Origin: Phaeosaccion multiseriatum
Taxonomy: Eukaryota > Protista > Ochrophyta, other classes
Reading direction: 5' to 3'
NCBI GenBank assembly: GCA_965112735.1
Contig: OZ218951.1
Coordinates: 62,001-126,000, forward strand
Length of the DNA: 64,000 nt
The notes under the pieces are model-generated. The model searched no databases. It saw nothing but the letters and a program-made list of their open reading frames with translations, and was not told the origin of the DNA. Shown here one piece after another: positions 11,901-24,179 of this stretch (position 1 is its first letter; each line of letters starts with the position of its first letter). The position numbers and the translations under genes were made by a program.

Positions 11901-14900
11901 GGCCTTGGTGGGGGCGGGCGTCGGATGCGGCGTCGGCTTCGGTGTGGGTGCCACTGTAGGAGGTGCTGTCCAGGCCTTGGTGGGGGCGGGCGTCGGGTGT
12001 GGCGTTGGCTTCGGCGTCGGCTTCGGTGTCGGTGCCACTGTAGGAGGTGCTGTCCAGGCCTTGGTGGGGGCGGGCGTCGGGTGTGGCGTTGGCTTCGGCG
12101 TCGGCTTCGGTGTCGGTGCCACTGTAGGAGGTGCTGTCCAGGCCTTGGTGGGGGGCAAGGTGTCTTCCGGGATAGGAGGTGCTGTCCAGGCCTTGGTTGG
12201 GGCGGGCGTCGGGTGCGGCGTCGGCTTCGTTGTCGGTGCCACTGTAGGAGGCGCTGTCCAGGCCTTGGTGGGGGGCAAGGTGTCTTCCGGGATAGGAGGT
12301 GCTGTCCAGGCCTTGGTTGGGGCGGGCGTCGGATGCGGCGTCGGCTTCGGTGTCGGTGCCACTGTAGGAGGTGCTGTCCAGGCCTTGGTTGGGGCGGGCG
12401 TCGGATGCGGCGTCGGCTTCGGTGTCGGTGCCACTGTAGGAGGTGCTGTCCAGGCCTTGGTGGGGGCGGGCGTCGGGTGTGGCGTTGGCTTCGGCGTCGG
12501 CTTCGGCGTCGGTGCCACTGTAGGAGGTGCTGTCCAGGCCTTGGTGGGGGCGGGCGTCGGGTGCGGCGTCGGCTTCGGTGTCGGTGCCACTGTAGGAGGT
12601 GCTGTCCAGGCCTTGGTGGGGGGCAAGGTGTCTTCCGGGATAGGAGGTGATGTCCAGGCCTTGGTGGGGGCGGGCGTCGGGTGCGGGGTCGGTTTGTCCT
12701 CTCCAGGGCACATGATGAGGTCGTCGGAGTAGAGCGAAGGTTTCAGCTCCAGGAAGGCAGCGGCGCCCTCCGTGGTGAAGCACGAGCGGCAGTTTTCGCC
12801 CAATCCGAAGACGTTGCAGTCACTGGCAGGCAGAGGGAGGGGGTGGGGGAGGGGAAGAGAAGGGGAGCAGAACGAGGGTCAGGAATGAGCCACAGGAGAG
12901 ACGGTTGAGAACGTAACCGGGTACCCCTTCGTGTAAAAGCAATACGCTCCCCTCCCCTGCCTCTGCTACTCACAGTCCGCCGAAGGAGGGCCTCTCGGCC
13001 GTGCAGGTCTCGTCACAGAAGATGTCCTTTCCGAAGGCGTCGAGCTGTCCTCTGTCTGCCTTACTCAGCTCCCCACAGCAGGGCTCCGGGGTGGGAGGGG
13101 CCGTGGGCTGAGGGAGAGAATACGTTGAAGCAGGTGGGAAAGGGCGAGGGAGGGAAGCAAGGGTCAGCTGCAGGCCAAAATAGAACGCAGCACGGGCCAC
13201 AAACAACACTCAACACTCCTTCAGCTCCTGAAGCGATGCTGCCACAAACCTCAGGGGTGGGCTTGGGCGTCGGTGCCACTGTGGGAGGTGCTGTCCACGC
13301 CTTGGTGGGGGGCAAGGTGTCTTCCGGGGTAGGAGGTGCTGTCCAGGCCTTGGTGGGGGCGGGCGTCGGATGCGGCGTCGGCTTCGGCGTCGGTGCCACT
13401 GTAGGAGGTGCTGTCCAGGCCTTGGTGGGGGGCAAGGTGTCTTCCGGGATAGGAGGTGCTGTCCAGGCCTTGGTTGGGGCGGGCGTCGGATGCGGCGTCG
13501 GCTTCGGCGTCGGTGCCACTGTAGGAGGTGCTGTCCAGGCCTTGGTGGGGGGCAAGGTGTCTTCCGGGGTAGGAGGTGCTGTCCAGGCCTTGGTGGGGGC
13601 GGGCGTCGGATGCGGCGTGGGCTTCGGCGTCGGTGCCACTGTAGGAGGTGCTGTCCAGGCCTTGGTTGGGGCGGGCGTCGGATGCGGCGTCGGCTTCGGT
13701 GTCGGTGCCACTGTAGGAGGTGCTGTCCAGGCCTTGGTGGGGGCGGGCGTCGGCTTCGGTGTGGGTGCCACTGTAGGAGGTGCTGTCCAGGCCTTGGTGG
13801 GGGCGGGCGTTTGATGCGGCGTCGGCTTCGGCGTCGGTGCCACTGTAGGAGGCGCTGTCCAGGCCTTGGTGGGGGGCAAGGTGTCTTCCGGGATAGGAGG
13901 TGCTGTCCAGGCCTTGGTTGGGGCGGGCGTCGGATGCGGCGTCGGCTTCGGTGTCGGTGCCACTGTAGGAGGTGCTGTCCAGGCCTTGGTGGGGGCGGGC
14001 GTCGGATGCGGCGTCGGCTTCGGCGTCGGTGCCACTGTAGGAGGTGCTGTCCAGGCCTTGGTGGGGGGCAAGGTGTCTTCCGGGGTAGGAGGTGCTGTCC
14101 AGGCCTTGGTGGGGGCGGGCGTCGGCTTCGGCGTCGGCTTCGGCGTCGGTGCCACTGTAGGAGGTGCTGTCCAGGCCTTGGTGGGGGGCAAGGTGTCTTC
14201 CGCGGTAGGAGGTGCTGTCCAGGCCTTGGTGGGGGCGGGCGTGGGCATCCCAGTGCAGATGTTGAGCTCCGAGGCGGGCGTGTGGGGGAACTCTGGGGAG
14301 GAGGTCAACGAGACGGCAGCAGAATGAATGGGGCAGTGAAGGCAGCGGAGAGTTAGGCTAAGGTAGCAAGACCGTACCCAATGGTGGAAGGAGTTGTTGA
14401 GAAGGTGTGAAGTAGGACGTTTCGAAGGACGAGCATGAAGCACGCACGTACCTTGCAAGTAGAGATCGGCACCCTCGGGAGTGTAGCAGGCCCGGCAGTC
14501 CTGGCCTTTGCCCCACATGTTGCAGTGACTGGCAAGGGGAGAGAGAACAGAGAAGGGCAGGGTAGAGAGAGAGGCATGAGGGAGGAACGCGAGGAAGAAA
14601 CCAAAACAATGCACTGATCCGATCCGGTCAAGACGTTGTCGCACCGACAGCACACAAGCAGGCAGCGCTGGACAATGAAAGGAGGATGGTGCTTACATGC
14701 CGCCCGGCGCCAGGGAGCAGGAGGGGTCGCACTCGAGCTTCTTCTTGCGGTCGGAGAGGTCTGGGTAGGAGGCAGGGGGGGAGAGGTGAGGGGAGTGTGA
14801 GGGAGAGCAGGGTGTGGGGCGTAGATATAGCCGTGTCTTGCAATATGGCTACTCGTATGAGATCTCCGGGCCTGTGCCAGACACAAACAGAGGCCCAGCT

Positions 14901-15392
14901 AAGGGAAGTAGCGGAGGGTTGGAAGTGAAGTGAAGTGCTCTCTGCCCGGGAGGGACTCACGCAAGTGTAAAAACACTCACATTGGAGATTGGCCTCGGAA
15001 ATTTCGCCGCAGCAGTCCACTGGTGAGAGCAGATGCAGGGGGCAGGGGAGAGGAGGAGAGAGAGAAATTGGCCTTGAGTGAGGGTTGGCAACGCAGCGGG
15101 GGTCTTCCTTCGGTCCTTGGGACAAACCTACCCCCTCCCATCCCCCCATTTTGGGCAGCACTGCTCACTCTATAAACCAACGGCCACACGCATTTTCCCC
15201 TTCCCTCAACTCACATGAGGCATAGTCCGGGTCGCCCCCCGTCGCCTTCAAGGATCTCAAGTTGGTCTTGCCCGTCTCCCTGCTGGCATCGCTCTTCTTG
15301 TCTCCCTGGTGCAGAGTGCTCCCAAGTCGGGCGCCGTTGGTCTGTTGCAGCGTCAACGCTGCTCCCAACAGCAGGAGAGGAAGCCTTGCCAT
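8949..15392 (-). CDS. Mucin-like Cys-rich/Pro-Thr repeat type-I membrane protein, copy B (5 Cys domains, C-terminal TM)
   Basis: Signal peptide at 15392. Last exon reads SLRNSDGTRKIGTEETTSRSGSSSGGGKRRLSDGAIAGIVVAGVVLVAALLAVNNARTKS...QMEAN* with stop at 8949-8951. Canonical splice sites. Confidence 0.85.
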
Positions 15393-15839
15393 GCTCTCTC
15401 CAGACGGCTGCGAGAACCGCGCCTAGGTACGTCCAGGTAGAAGGAGGAGGGGGGAGTTGAGGGAAGATCTCTCTCTAGTATCTTGGTTGCTCGTTGTGCC
15501 TAGTTGTGCCGTAGAAAGATACTTTGTGTGTGAAGGAATGTGAGGAAATGGCCCTCTGGCAGTTGGTGATTTTTCAAGAGCTCGGTCCCCTCGGACAATC
15601 AGGATAATCCTCATAATCCTCCTCGGGACATTTATTAGTAACGGCAATTAGAGGTGCATGGGCGGCACCTGGGCTGCTGTTAAGTGGGAGACTTACATAG
15701 CGCGGTCTCACTGGTGGGCCACCGCACGAGTAGGCCTTCCATTGCCTAGCCTGAACGCGAATAGCCTGACTGACCCCCACGTGTCGCAACCTCCGGCCTA
15801 GCCTGACGCCAAGTGTGGCAACCCCTGCTGGCCTTTGGC

Positions 15840-16363
15840 TTCAATGTGCTGGCGGAGCTCGGGGAAGACGCTTCGGAGGCGGATAAACTGCACAGAGAGC
15901 GGGTGAGGCACACGGACCTGGCAGCAGATGCGTCTCAATGGGGGACTGGGAAGTGGCTTCTGCCTCCGTCTACTCTTCCACAGTCCGTAGGCCCTCATTC
16001 GACAGAATGAGCGAATCAGTGCAGCCTCCTTTACCCTGAGCAGCGCGCACCCTCACACCAAACAAACACACACACGCACACACACACATGCACACGCAGG
16101 AGGTGCTGGCGGAGAGGAAGGCTTTAGCGGGGGAAGGCGGAGAGGGCCCGTCTGGAGAGCATTCGAAACGACCCCGTCAGAGAGGGCTACTACGTGCGGG
16201 TGAGGACACCCGAAACCTTTGACTTTGCCTGTCTGTCTGCCTGTATATACGTATGTCGGCATGCCTGCCTTGCTCACGCTCAGTGCTTGTCCCAACCTCT
16301 GTCTGCATATGCCTACCTGCCTTTGAAGGCCGGAGCCACGTGGACTGCCCCGGAAGGGGGCAA

Positions 16364-16400
<37 letters not shown>

Positions 16401-16430
16401 GGTAGTGACGGCAGCAAGAAGGAGAAGTGA
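15840..16430 (+). pseudogene. More degraded second copy of the 7476-8282 remnant
   Basis: First acceptor deleted, an indel in exon 2, and the TM-coding part of exon 3 deleted relative to 8085-8180. Confidence 0.65.
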
Positions 16431-16814
16431 CAGGCAAAGACACTGGGTAGACTAGGCGTGATGTGTGAGCATAACAAACGATTCTATTATATCAAGTTGA
16501 AGTCAACATAGGCGCTGCTGTGCTGCTGCCGCCCTTACCTACCCTACTGTCGAGGATGCTAGAAAGAAGGGTGTTCACCTCCCTCCTCTATCCTCCTTGT
16601 GCTATACTACACAGAGCGCTTGCTATCGCACTCTCTAAGGCGCTACCAAGGCCGTCCTGCCCGGCCTGTTTGTCTTCCAATCACTCTCCCTCTCTTGTGT
16701 ACACAGGCGGCGCTCCTCCGCGCTCCCGCCTTCCTTCCAATCGAGTCTCTCTGAGAAAGGGACTCTCGCACGCGTGGGTACGTAAGGCCTGCTCCTTGGC
16801 TCAGGGCCTCAGTT

Positions 16815-19800
16815 TCAGTTGGCTTCCATCTGCCCCTGAACCTCCGCGTCGACATCAGCCTCCCCCTGCCCCGCCGACTTGGTGCGAGCGTTGTTTACTG
16901 CGAACAGGGCCGCCACCAACACGACGCCCGCCACAACGATGCCGGCAACGGCCCCGTTAGAGAGGCGACGCTTGCCCCCACCTGAGGAGCTGCCGCTGCG
17001 GCTCGTGGTCTCCTCGGTGCCGATCTTGCGAGTGCCGTCGGAGTTGCGGAGGCTGTTTCGGTTTCGGAGTTTCGGAGGAGGGGAGGGAAGCAGAGAAACA
17101 GAGGTGGTACGCAGTTAGAGGACTAGCTACTTAAGGAGGGAGGGCTCGTGCAGGTGGCAATAACGGGGGCAGAGGGAGTTGCCGGCGTGTGACTGACCTG
17201 GAGGTGGCCACGAGACAAGCCTGCTCGCCCTCGCACATGTTGACTTCCGCACAGTCTTCGGTGGGATTCACGCTCAGGTGCATCAGCGCGCCCTCGGCAG
17301 TGTCTGAGAGGGCAGCAGGGGAGGGTAGAGGGGGTGTGTGAGTGGTGCGGTAAGGAGGCCGCCGTGCCCCCGTAAGTCAGTGCTTCGCAGCGCTCTCTCT
17401 ACTCACAGCATCCGCGGCAGTTACGACCCAAGCCGAACAGGTCACAGTGCACTCCCGCGTGGCTGGTGCCCTCCTCAGAGCAGGAGGGGTCGCAGAACAG
17501 TTCCTTCCCGTTGACACGGAGGAACTCCTCCTCTACAGGGCTCAGGCGGGAGGAGCAGTCTGCCGCGGTGGTGCAGCCACCCGAGGGGATGTCATCGGAG
17601 CCCTGTGGAGGGAGGGGGGGCAGACGCAGAGGAGGGCGGAGGGGTAAGAGGTGGAAAGGCAAGACCAGCGGGCATTTCATCAACTTCTAGGAATTCACCG
17701 AAGAATACCGTGATGTAAGCGTCCTGTCTGCGCCCCCGTGGCTACAAGGCCGCAACGTACCGTCTCAGTCTCAGTGGACGCATCATCGGCGGAGGCCCCA
17801 TCTGGAGCAGCGGATGCCAAGTCGTCGCCAGCACTCGAAGTGGATGAAGAGGGCGAGGGGCTCTCCGTCACGAAAGTGATTGTGTTCGTGTTATCATGTC
17901 CGATGGGCAGGGTCGTCACCACAGAGAGGTCCGGGGTGGTTGTGTCCGCGGCCTGTACGCACGGGCAGGAGGAACGCACAATGAAAAGGGGTGGGGCGGA
18001 GAGACAGAGAGGGGGGTAGATGCAGCCGTAAGCCGTAAGCATCAACAGCCTAATGCACCTCCAGCAACCAACAGCCTGGACAAGCATCTCGCCGTACCGT
18101 GTGCGGGTGATCGGCAGAGGGTGCCTCAGCAGAGGGTGCCTCAGCAGAGGGCGCCTCAGGAGAGGGTGCATCTGTCGCGCCATCTGCGTGTCCATCGGTG
18201 TCCGCTCCTTCGGCGTCCTCATCGAGGTCGACGCCCCTGGTGGTCACCGAGTCAGGAGCAGTGTCGGACTCTGGGGCTCCATCTCCTTCCTCTCCCGAGC
18301 ACTGCTGGCCGGGGCACATGATGACGCTTGCGCACGATGATCCCGCATTAGCAGCGAGGTACTTGGCAGAGCCTGTCGAGAGGAGGAGGGCAGTGAGCAT
18401 TAGGCGCAGGAGGGAGACACTTGGGCCTCGCTGGGAAGGGAGACTAGCCTAGCCCGACCCCAGCTTCGGCTCCTGTGGACCGAGCGAGCGAGGGCGATCA
18501 TCTCGAGCCCGCCTCGCCTCGCTTCGGTCAAAGGCTCACCTTCCGTACTGTAGCAACCCCTGCACTCCCTTTGGAGGCCGAACATTCCGCACCACAGCCC
18601 GTCCAGGGAGGGCTCTTCATCGAGGCACGAGGTGTCGCAGAACAGCCCCTTCATCTGCTGCTCGAGCTCCATTGACTGCTCCTCAGTCAGGTGCGTCGTA
18701 TCGCACACGCAGTCCGCATCGGGCACCAGGGGGGCGGTAGTAGCCTCAGGCCCCATTGTGGGCACCTCCACCTCCACGGTCACAGGCGCGTTGGTCATAG
18801 GGTGCACTGGCATGGCCGTGACAGGAGCGGGCGTGGGGAGGACGGGGTAGACAGGGACGTCCTCTTCGCCGCACATGTTGAGCTCTCCTGCACAAAAACA
18901 CACACACACACACACACGCAGGGACAGACAGACGAGGGGAGTGAGAGCCTGCAAGGGATGGCGAGGTGAGCGACATTCTCGACAGCCACAGTGGTACTCC
19001 GCCGAAGGAGTAGCCCTCTGTCGTAAGCTTCAAGTCACGAAAGGTTACGTACCTGCAGGGGTGTCGGGGTGCTCCGCGACATACTTTGCCGCGCCCTCCT
19101 CCGTGTAGCAAGCTCTGCATTTCTTGCCAGCCTCGAAGATGTCGCAGTGGCTGGAGGGGAGGGGAGACAAGAGGCCAGTCACAAATGCCAGCGGTGAGGG
19201 AGCATGAGGATGAGAACACACAAGGGCAGCAGCGAGAAGAGGGGGTGAGGAGTGGAGACCTCTTCCCCGCCGTCGTCACGGGGACGCTATTCAGGGCGCT
19301 CTGGCCACCGACTGCACTCCCAGTGACTTAATCACTTCCCCTACTCACATTCCGCCGAAGGTGGGGTGTCCAGACGTGCACGTGACGTCACACACGAGGA
19401 GCTTGTGGCGCTCGTCAAGATACTTCTGGTCGTCCTCCGTCAGGGGGGCGCAGCAGGGCTTGGTGGGGGCGGGGGTCGGGGGGGGCGTCGGAGGTGCGGT
19501 AGGTGGGGCCGTTGGGGCTGCTGTTGGTGCCTGGCGTGAAGAGAGAAAAAAGAGAATGGAGGATACCCCAGGGCACAAGAGAGGGAATGAGTGAGTTGCA
19601 GCAGCAGCGCCAGCAGAGCGTTCCTCATCATCAAGCGCTGCCCGTCAGGTCAGTAGGAGAACATCTGCCCAAGGCAAGCATCGTCGAGACATACCTTCGT
19701 AGGCGCCGCTGTGGGTGCCGCTGTAGGCGCTGCTGTGGGGGGCTTGGTGGGGGCCTTGGTTGGGGCGGCTGTTGGCGCTGCTGTTGGAGCAGCAGTTGGT

Positions 19801-22800
19801 GCCTAGCGAAGAAAGAGAAAAAAGACAGAAGCGAGGTTGAGATAGCACAAGAGGGGTGGCAGCAGCGTATGCTTCACGAGCCAGCACCGCTACAGACAAG
19901 CTGACGGAGAGGCATTTCTGCCCAAGGCAAGCATCGTCGAGACATACCTTCGTTGGCGCCGCTGTTGGGGGCTTGGTGGGGGCCGCTGTCGGGGGCGCTG
20001 TTGGAGCTGCTGTTGGTGCTGCTGTTGGCGCCTGACGAGAGGGGAGGAATGACAGAGTCGAGGATAGACCAGGGCAAGAGAGGGGCAGCAAGGGTTGGGA
20101 GAAGCGCAGGAGGCGTGGAATCAGAGCGTACCTCACGAGCGAGCAAACACTGCTCTTTAACAGCCCAACCTCACGAGCATCCTCCGGACACACCTTCGTA
20201 GGCGCCGCTGTGGGTGCCGCTGTAGGCGCTGCTGTGGGGGGCTTGGTGGGGGCCTTGGTTGGGGCGGCTGTTGGCGCCTTGGTGGGGGCGGGGGTCGGAG
20301 GTGGCGTCGGTTTGTCCTCTCCAGGGCACATGATGAGGTCGTCGGAGGAGAGCGAAGGGTTCTGCTCCAGGAAGGTAGCGGCGCCCTCCGTGGTGAAGCA
20401 AGAGCGGCAGTTTTTGCCCAATCCGAAGATGTTGCAGTCACTGGCAGGCAGAGGGGAGGACGAGGAGGAGGGGAGGACGAGGAGAACGAGGGTCATGAAT
20501 GAGCCACTGGAGAGTCGGTTGAGAAGGTAACCGGGTACCCCTTCGTGTAAAAGCAATACCCTCTCCCCTCCCCTGCCTCTGCTACTCACAGTCCGCCGAA
20601 GGAGGGGCTCTCTGCCGTGCAGGTCTCGTCGCAGAAGATGTCCTTTCCGAAGGCGTCGAGCTGTCCTCTGTCTGCCTTGCTTAGCTCCGCGCAACAGGGC
20701 TCCGGGGTGGGAGGGGCCGTGGGCTGAGGGAGAGAATACGTTGAAGCAGGTGGGAAAGGGCGAGGGAGGGAAGCAAGGGTCAGCAGCAGGCGAAGATAGA
20801 ACGCAGCACAAGGGCCACAAACAACACTAAACACTCCTTCAGCTCCTGAAGCGATGTTGCTACAAACCTCAGGGGTGGGCGCTGGCGTGGGCTTCGGCGT
20901 TGGTGCCGCTGTAGGAGGTGCTGTCCAGGCCTTGGTGGGGGCAGGGGTTGGAGGTGGCGTCGGTTTGTCCTCTCCAGGGCACATGATGAGGTCGTCGGAG
21001 GAGAGCGAAGGGTTCTGCTCCAGGAAGGTAGCGGCGCCCTCCGTGGTGAAGCAAGAGCGGCAGTTTTTGCCCAATCCGAAGATGTTGCAGTCACTGGCAG
21101 GCAGAGGGAGGGGGAGGGGGAGGGGGGGAGGAGGGGGACAGGGAGGACGAGGAGGAGAGGAGAGCGAGGAGAACGAGGGTCATGAATGAGCCACTGGAGA
21201 GTCGGTTGAGAAGGTAACCGGGTACCCCTTCGTGTAACAGCAATACCCTCTCCCCTCCCCTGCCTCTGCTACTCACAGTCCGCCGAAGGAGGGGCTCTCT
21301 GCCGTGCAGGTCTCGTCACAGAAGATGTCCTTTCCGAAGACGTCGAGCTGTCCTCTGTCTGCCTTGCTCAGCTCCGCGCAGCAGGGCTCCGGGGTGGGAG
21401 GGGCCGTGGGCTGAGGGAGAGAATACGTTGAAGCAGGTGGGAAAGGGCGAGGGAGGGAAGCAAGGGTCAGCAGCAGGCGAAGATAGAACGCAGCACGGGC
21501 CACAAACAACACTAAACACTCCTTCAGCTCCTGAAGCGATGTTGCCACAAACCTCAGGGGTGGGCGCTGGCGTGGGCTTCGGCGTCGGTGCCGCTGTAGG
21601 AGGTGCTGTCCAGGCCTTGGTGGGGGCGGGCGTCGGATGCGGCGTGGGCTTTGGCGTCGGTGCCACTGTAGGAGGTGCTGTCCACGCCTTGGTGGGGGCG
21701 GGCGTCGGGGGGTGGGTGGGGGGCAAGGTGTCCTCCGCTATAGGAGGTGCTGTCCAGGCCTTCGTGGGGGGCAAGGTGTCTGGCACTGCCGGAATGGTGG
21801 GCGCGGGCGTGGGCATCTCAGTGCAGATGTTGAGCTCCGAGGCGGGCGTGTCGGGGAACTCTGGGGAGGAGGTCAACGAGACGGCAGCAGATGGGGCAGT
21901 GAAGGCAGCGGAGAGTTAGGCTAAGGTAGCAAGACCGTACCCAATGGTGGAAGGAGTTGTTGAGAAGGTGTGAAGTAGGACGTTTCGAAGGACGAGCATG
22001 AAGCACGCACGTACCTTGCAAGTAGAGATCGGCACCCTCGGGAGTGTAGCAGGCCCGGCAGTCCTGGCCTTTGCCCCACATGTTGCAGTGACTGGGAAGG
22101 GGAGAGAGAATAGAGAAGGGCAGGGTAGGGAGAGAGGCGTGAGGGAGGATCGCGAGGAAGAAACCAAAACAACGCACTGATCCGATCCGATCAAGACGTT
22201 GTCACACCGACAGCACACAAGCAGGCAGCGCTGGACAAGAACAAGAAGGATGGTGCTTACATGCCGGCCGTCGCCAGGGAGCAGGAGGGGTCGCACTCGA
22301 GCTTCTTCTTGCGGTCAGAGAGGTCTGGGTAGGAGGCAGGGGGGGAGAGGTGAGGGGAGCGTGAGGGAGAGCAGGGTGTGGGGCGTAGATATAGCCGTGT
22401 CTTGCTATATGCTACTCATATGAGATCTCCGGGCCTGTGCCAGACACAAACAGAGGCCCAGCTAAGGGAAGTAGCGGAAGGTTGGAAGTGAAGTGCTCTC
22501 TGCCCGGGAGGGACTCACGCAAATGTAAAAACACTCACATTGGAGATTGGCCTCGGAAATTTCGCCGCAGCAGTCCACTGGTGAGAGCAGAGGGGGCAGG
22601 GGAGAGGAGGAGAGAGAGTAAACGGCCTTGAGTGAGGGTTGGCAACGCAGCGTGGTCTTCCTTCGGTTCTTGGGACGGACCCCTGCCACCCTCAGCCTTG
22701 CACGCAGGACCAGTTGCATTTGGGCAGCAGGGGCAGCGGCACAGGCCCGCTGCCCAACACCGTCTTCGTATTTGTTCCCCCCAGTCCCCACCCTCAAGCG

Positions 22801-23043
22801 GTCACTCTAAGCATCCATATCTCCACACCAACGGCCACACGAATTTTCCCCTTCCCTCAACTCACATGAGGCATAGTCCGGGTCGCCCCCCGTCGCCTTC
22901 AAGGATCTCAAGTTGGTCTTGCCCGTCTCCCTGCTGGCATCGCTCTTCTTGTCTCCCTGGTGCAGAGTGCTCCCAAGTCGGGCGCCGTTGATCTGTTGCA
23001 GCGTCAACGCTGCTCCCAACAGCAGGAGAGGAAGCTTCGCCAT
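16815..23043 (-). CDS. Mucin-like Cys-rich/Pro-Thr repeat type-I membrane protein, copy C (6 Cys domains, short PTAA linkers in mini-exons)
   Basis: MAKLPLLLLGAALTLQQING at 23043; same exon set as copy B plus a duplicated domain-2 module; TM exon intact with stop at 16815-16817. Confidence 0.85.
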
Positions 23044-23392
23044 GCTATCTCCGAAACACTGCCACCTTCCAGGTACAACGGTAGTACTGTCAAAAAGGGG
23101 GAGAGGGAAGGTGAGGATCTCTCTCTCTAGTATCTTGGTTACCCGTTGTGCCGTAGAAAGAAATTTTGCGGGTGTGGAGGGAATGGCATGCCCGGCAGAC
23201 TGGCAGTTGGTGATTTAAAACGCCAATCTCCAATCTCCTCGGCGCATGGAATAATTATTATGTCAAAGAAATTAGAGATGTTGTGAGTTTTGGGCGGCAA
23301 ACGTTGTGGGGTGTGGGGTATACAGTCGAACCCAACCGTGCTACCGCCCGCGCCCCTGTCCATTCCTAGTCCTATTAAGTCAATAAAGTTTC

Positions 23393-23956
23393 CTAGTCCA
23401 TTCCCTCCCTGCCGTGCCCTTGCCCGGTGGCCCGCAACACGCTCTCCACAACGCTCCTTGCTTGCGTCAAGGCCGCCTCCTCCTGAGAGGCAGAGGCTTG
23501 TGTTTGGGGACGGCCGGTCACAGGCCCTGACCCCCCTACCCGCGGAGGGCCTGGCGCGTTTCTCAGCGAGTCCGGTGAGGGCGGCGAGGGCGAAGTGGCG
23601 GGGCTCCCTCGCCACGCCCTGCCGCTGCCCCTGCCGCTGCCCCTACCGCTGCCAGCCCCAACACCAGCACCAGCCCCAGGCCGAGCCCCAGCACGAGCAG
23701 GAGAGCGGCCTCGATCCCCTCGTTGCCCCCTCAAGTGGCAGTTTCTGTGGCCGACCCTGTATGGGGATGGGGGGGGGGTGGGGCAGCCCTCGCCGCTGCC
23801 GCCAATGCAGCCCTGGCCGAGGCCGTTTTGGTGGTGGCGGGGAGGGGGAAGGACGAAGCGGGCCGAGAGGATAACGGTACTGCCGCTGTTGACGAGCCTG
23901 CTGCTGCGGATGGCCTCGGGTCTAAGGAGGCCTGCCCTCCCCGGGAAGAGTGCCGC

Positions 23957-24010
<54 letters not shown>

Positions 24011-24135
24011 TGCTGCTTCTGGTGGTGGTGCTGTTGCTGCTGGTGCTGCTGCTCTTCATCCCGGCAATAGGGCTGCTCTTCATCCCGGAAATAGGGCTGC
24101 TCTTCCCGCTGCCGCCGTTGCTGCTGATAACCATA

Positions 24136-24179
<44 letters not shown>

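Larger units (their letters stand above)
7329..15699. repeat. Tandem segmental duplication unit (~8.4 kb); the next unit runs from 15700 to ~23250 and a partial unit spans 1 to ~7050
   Basis: Same unit start gcgcggtctcactggtgggccaccgcacgagtagg at ~7330 and ~15700; colinear introns and exons in all three units. Confidence 0.9.
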
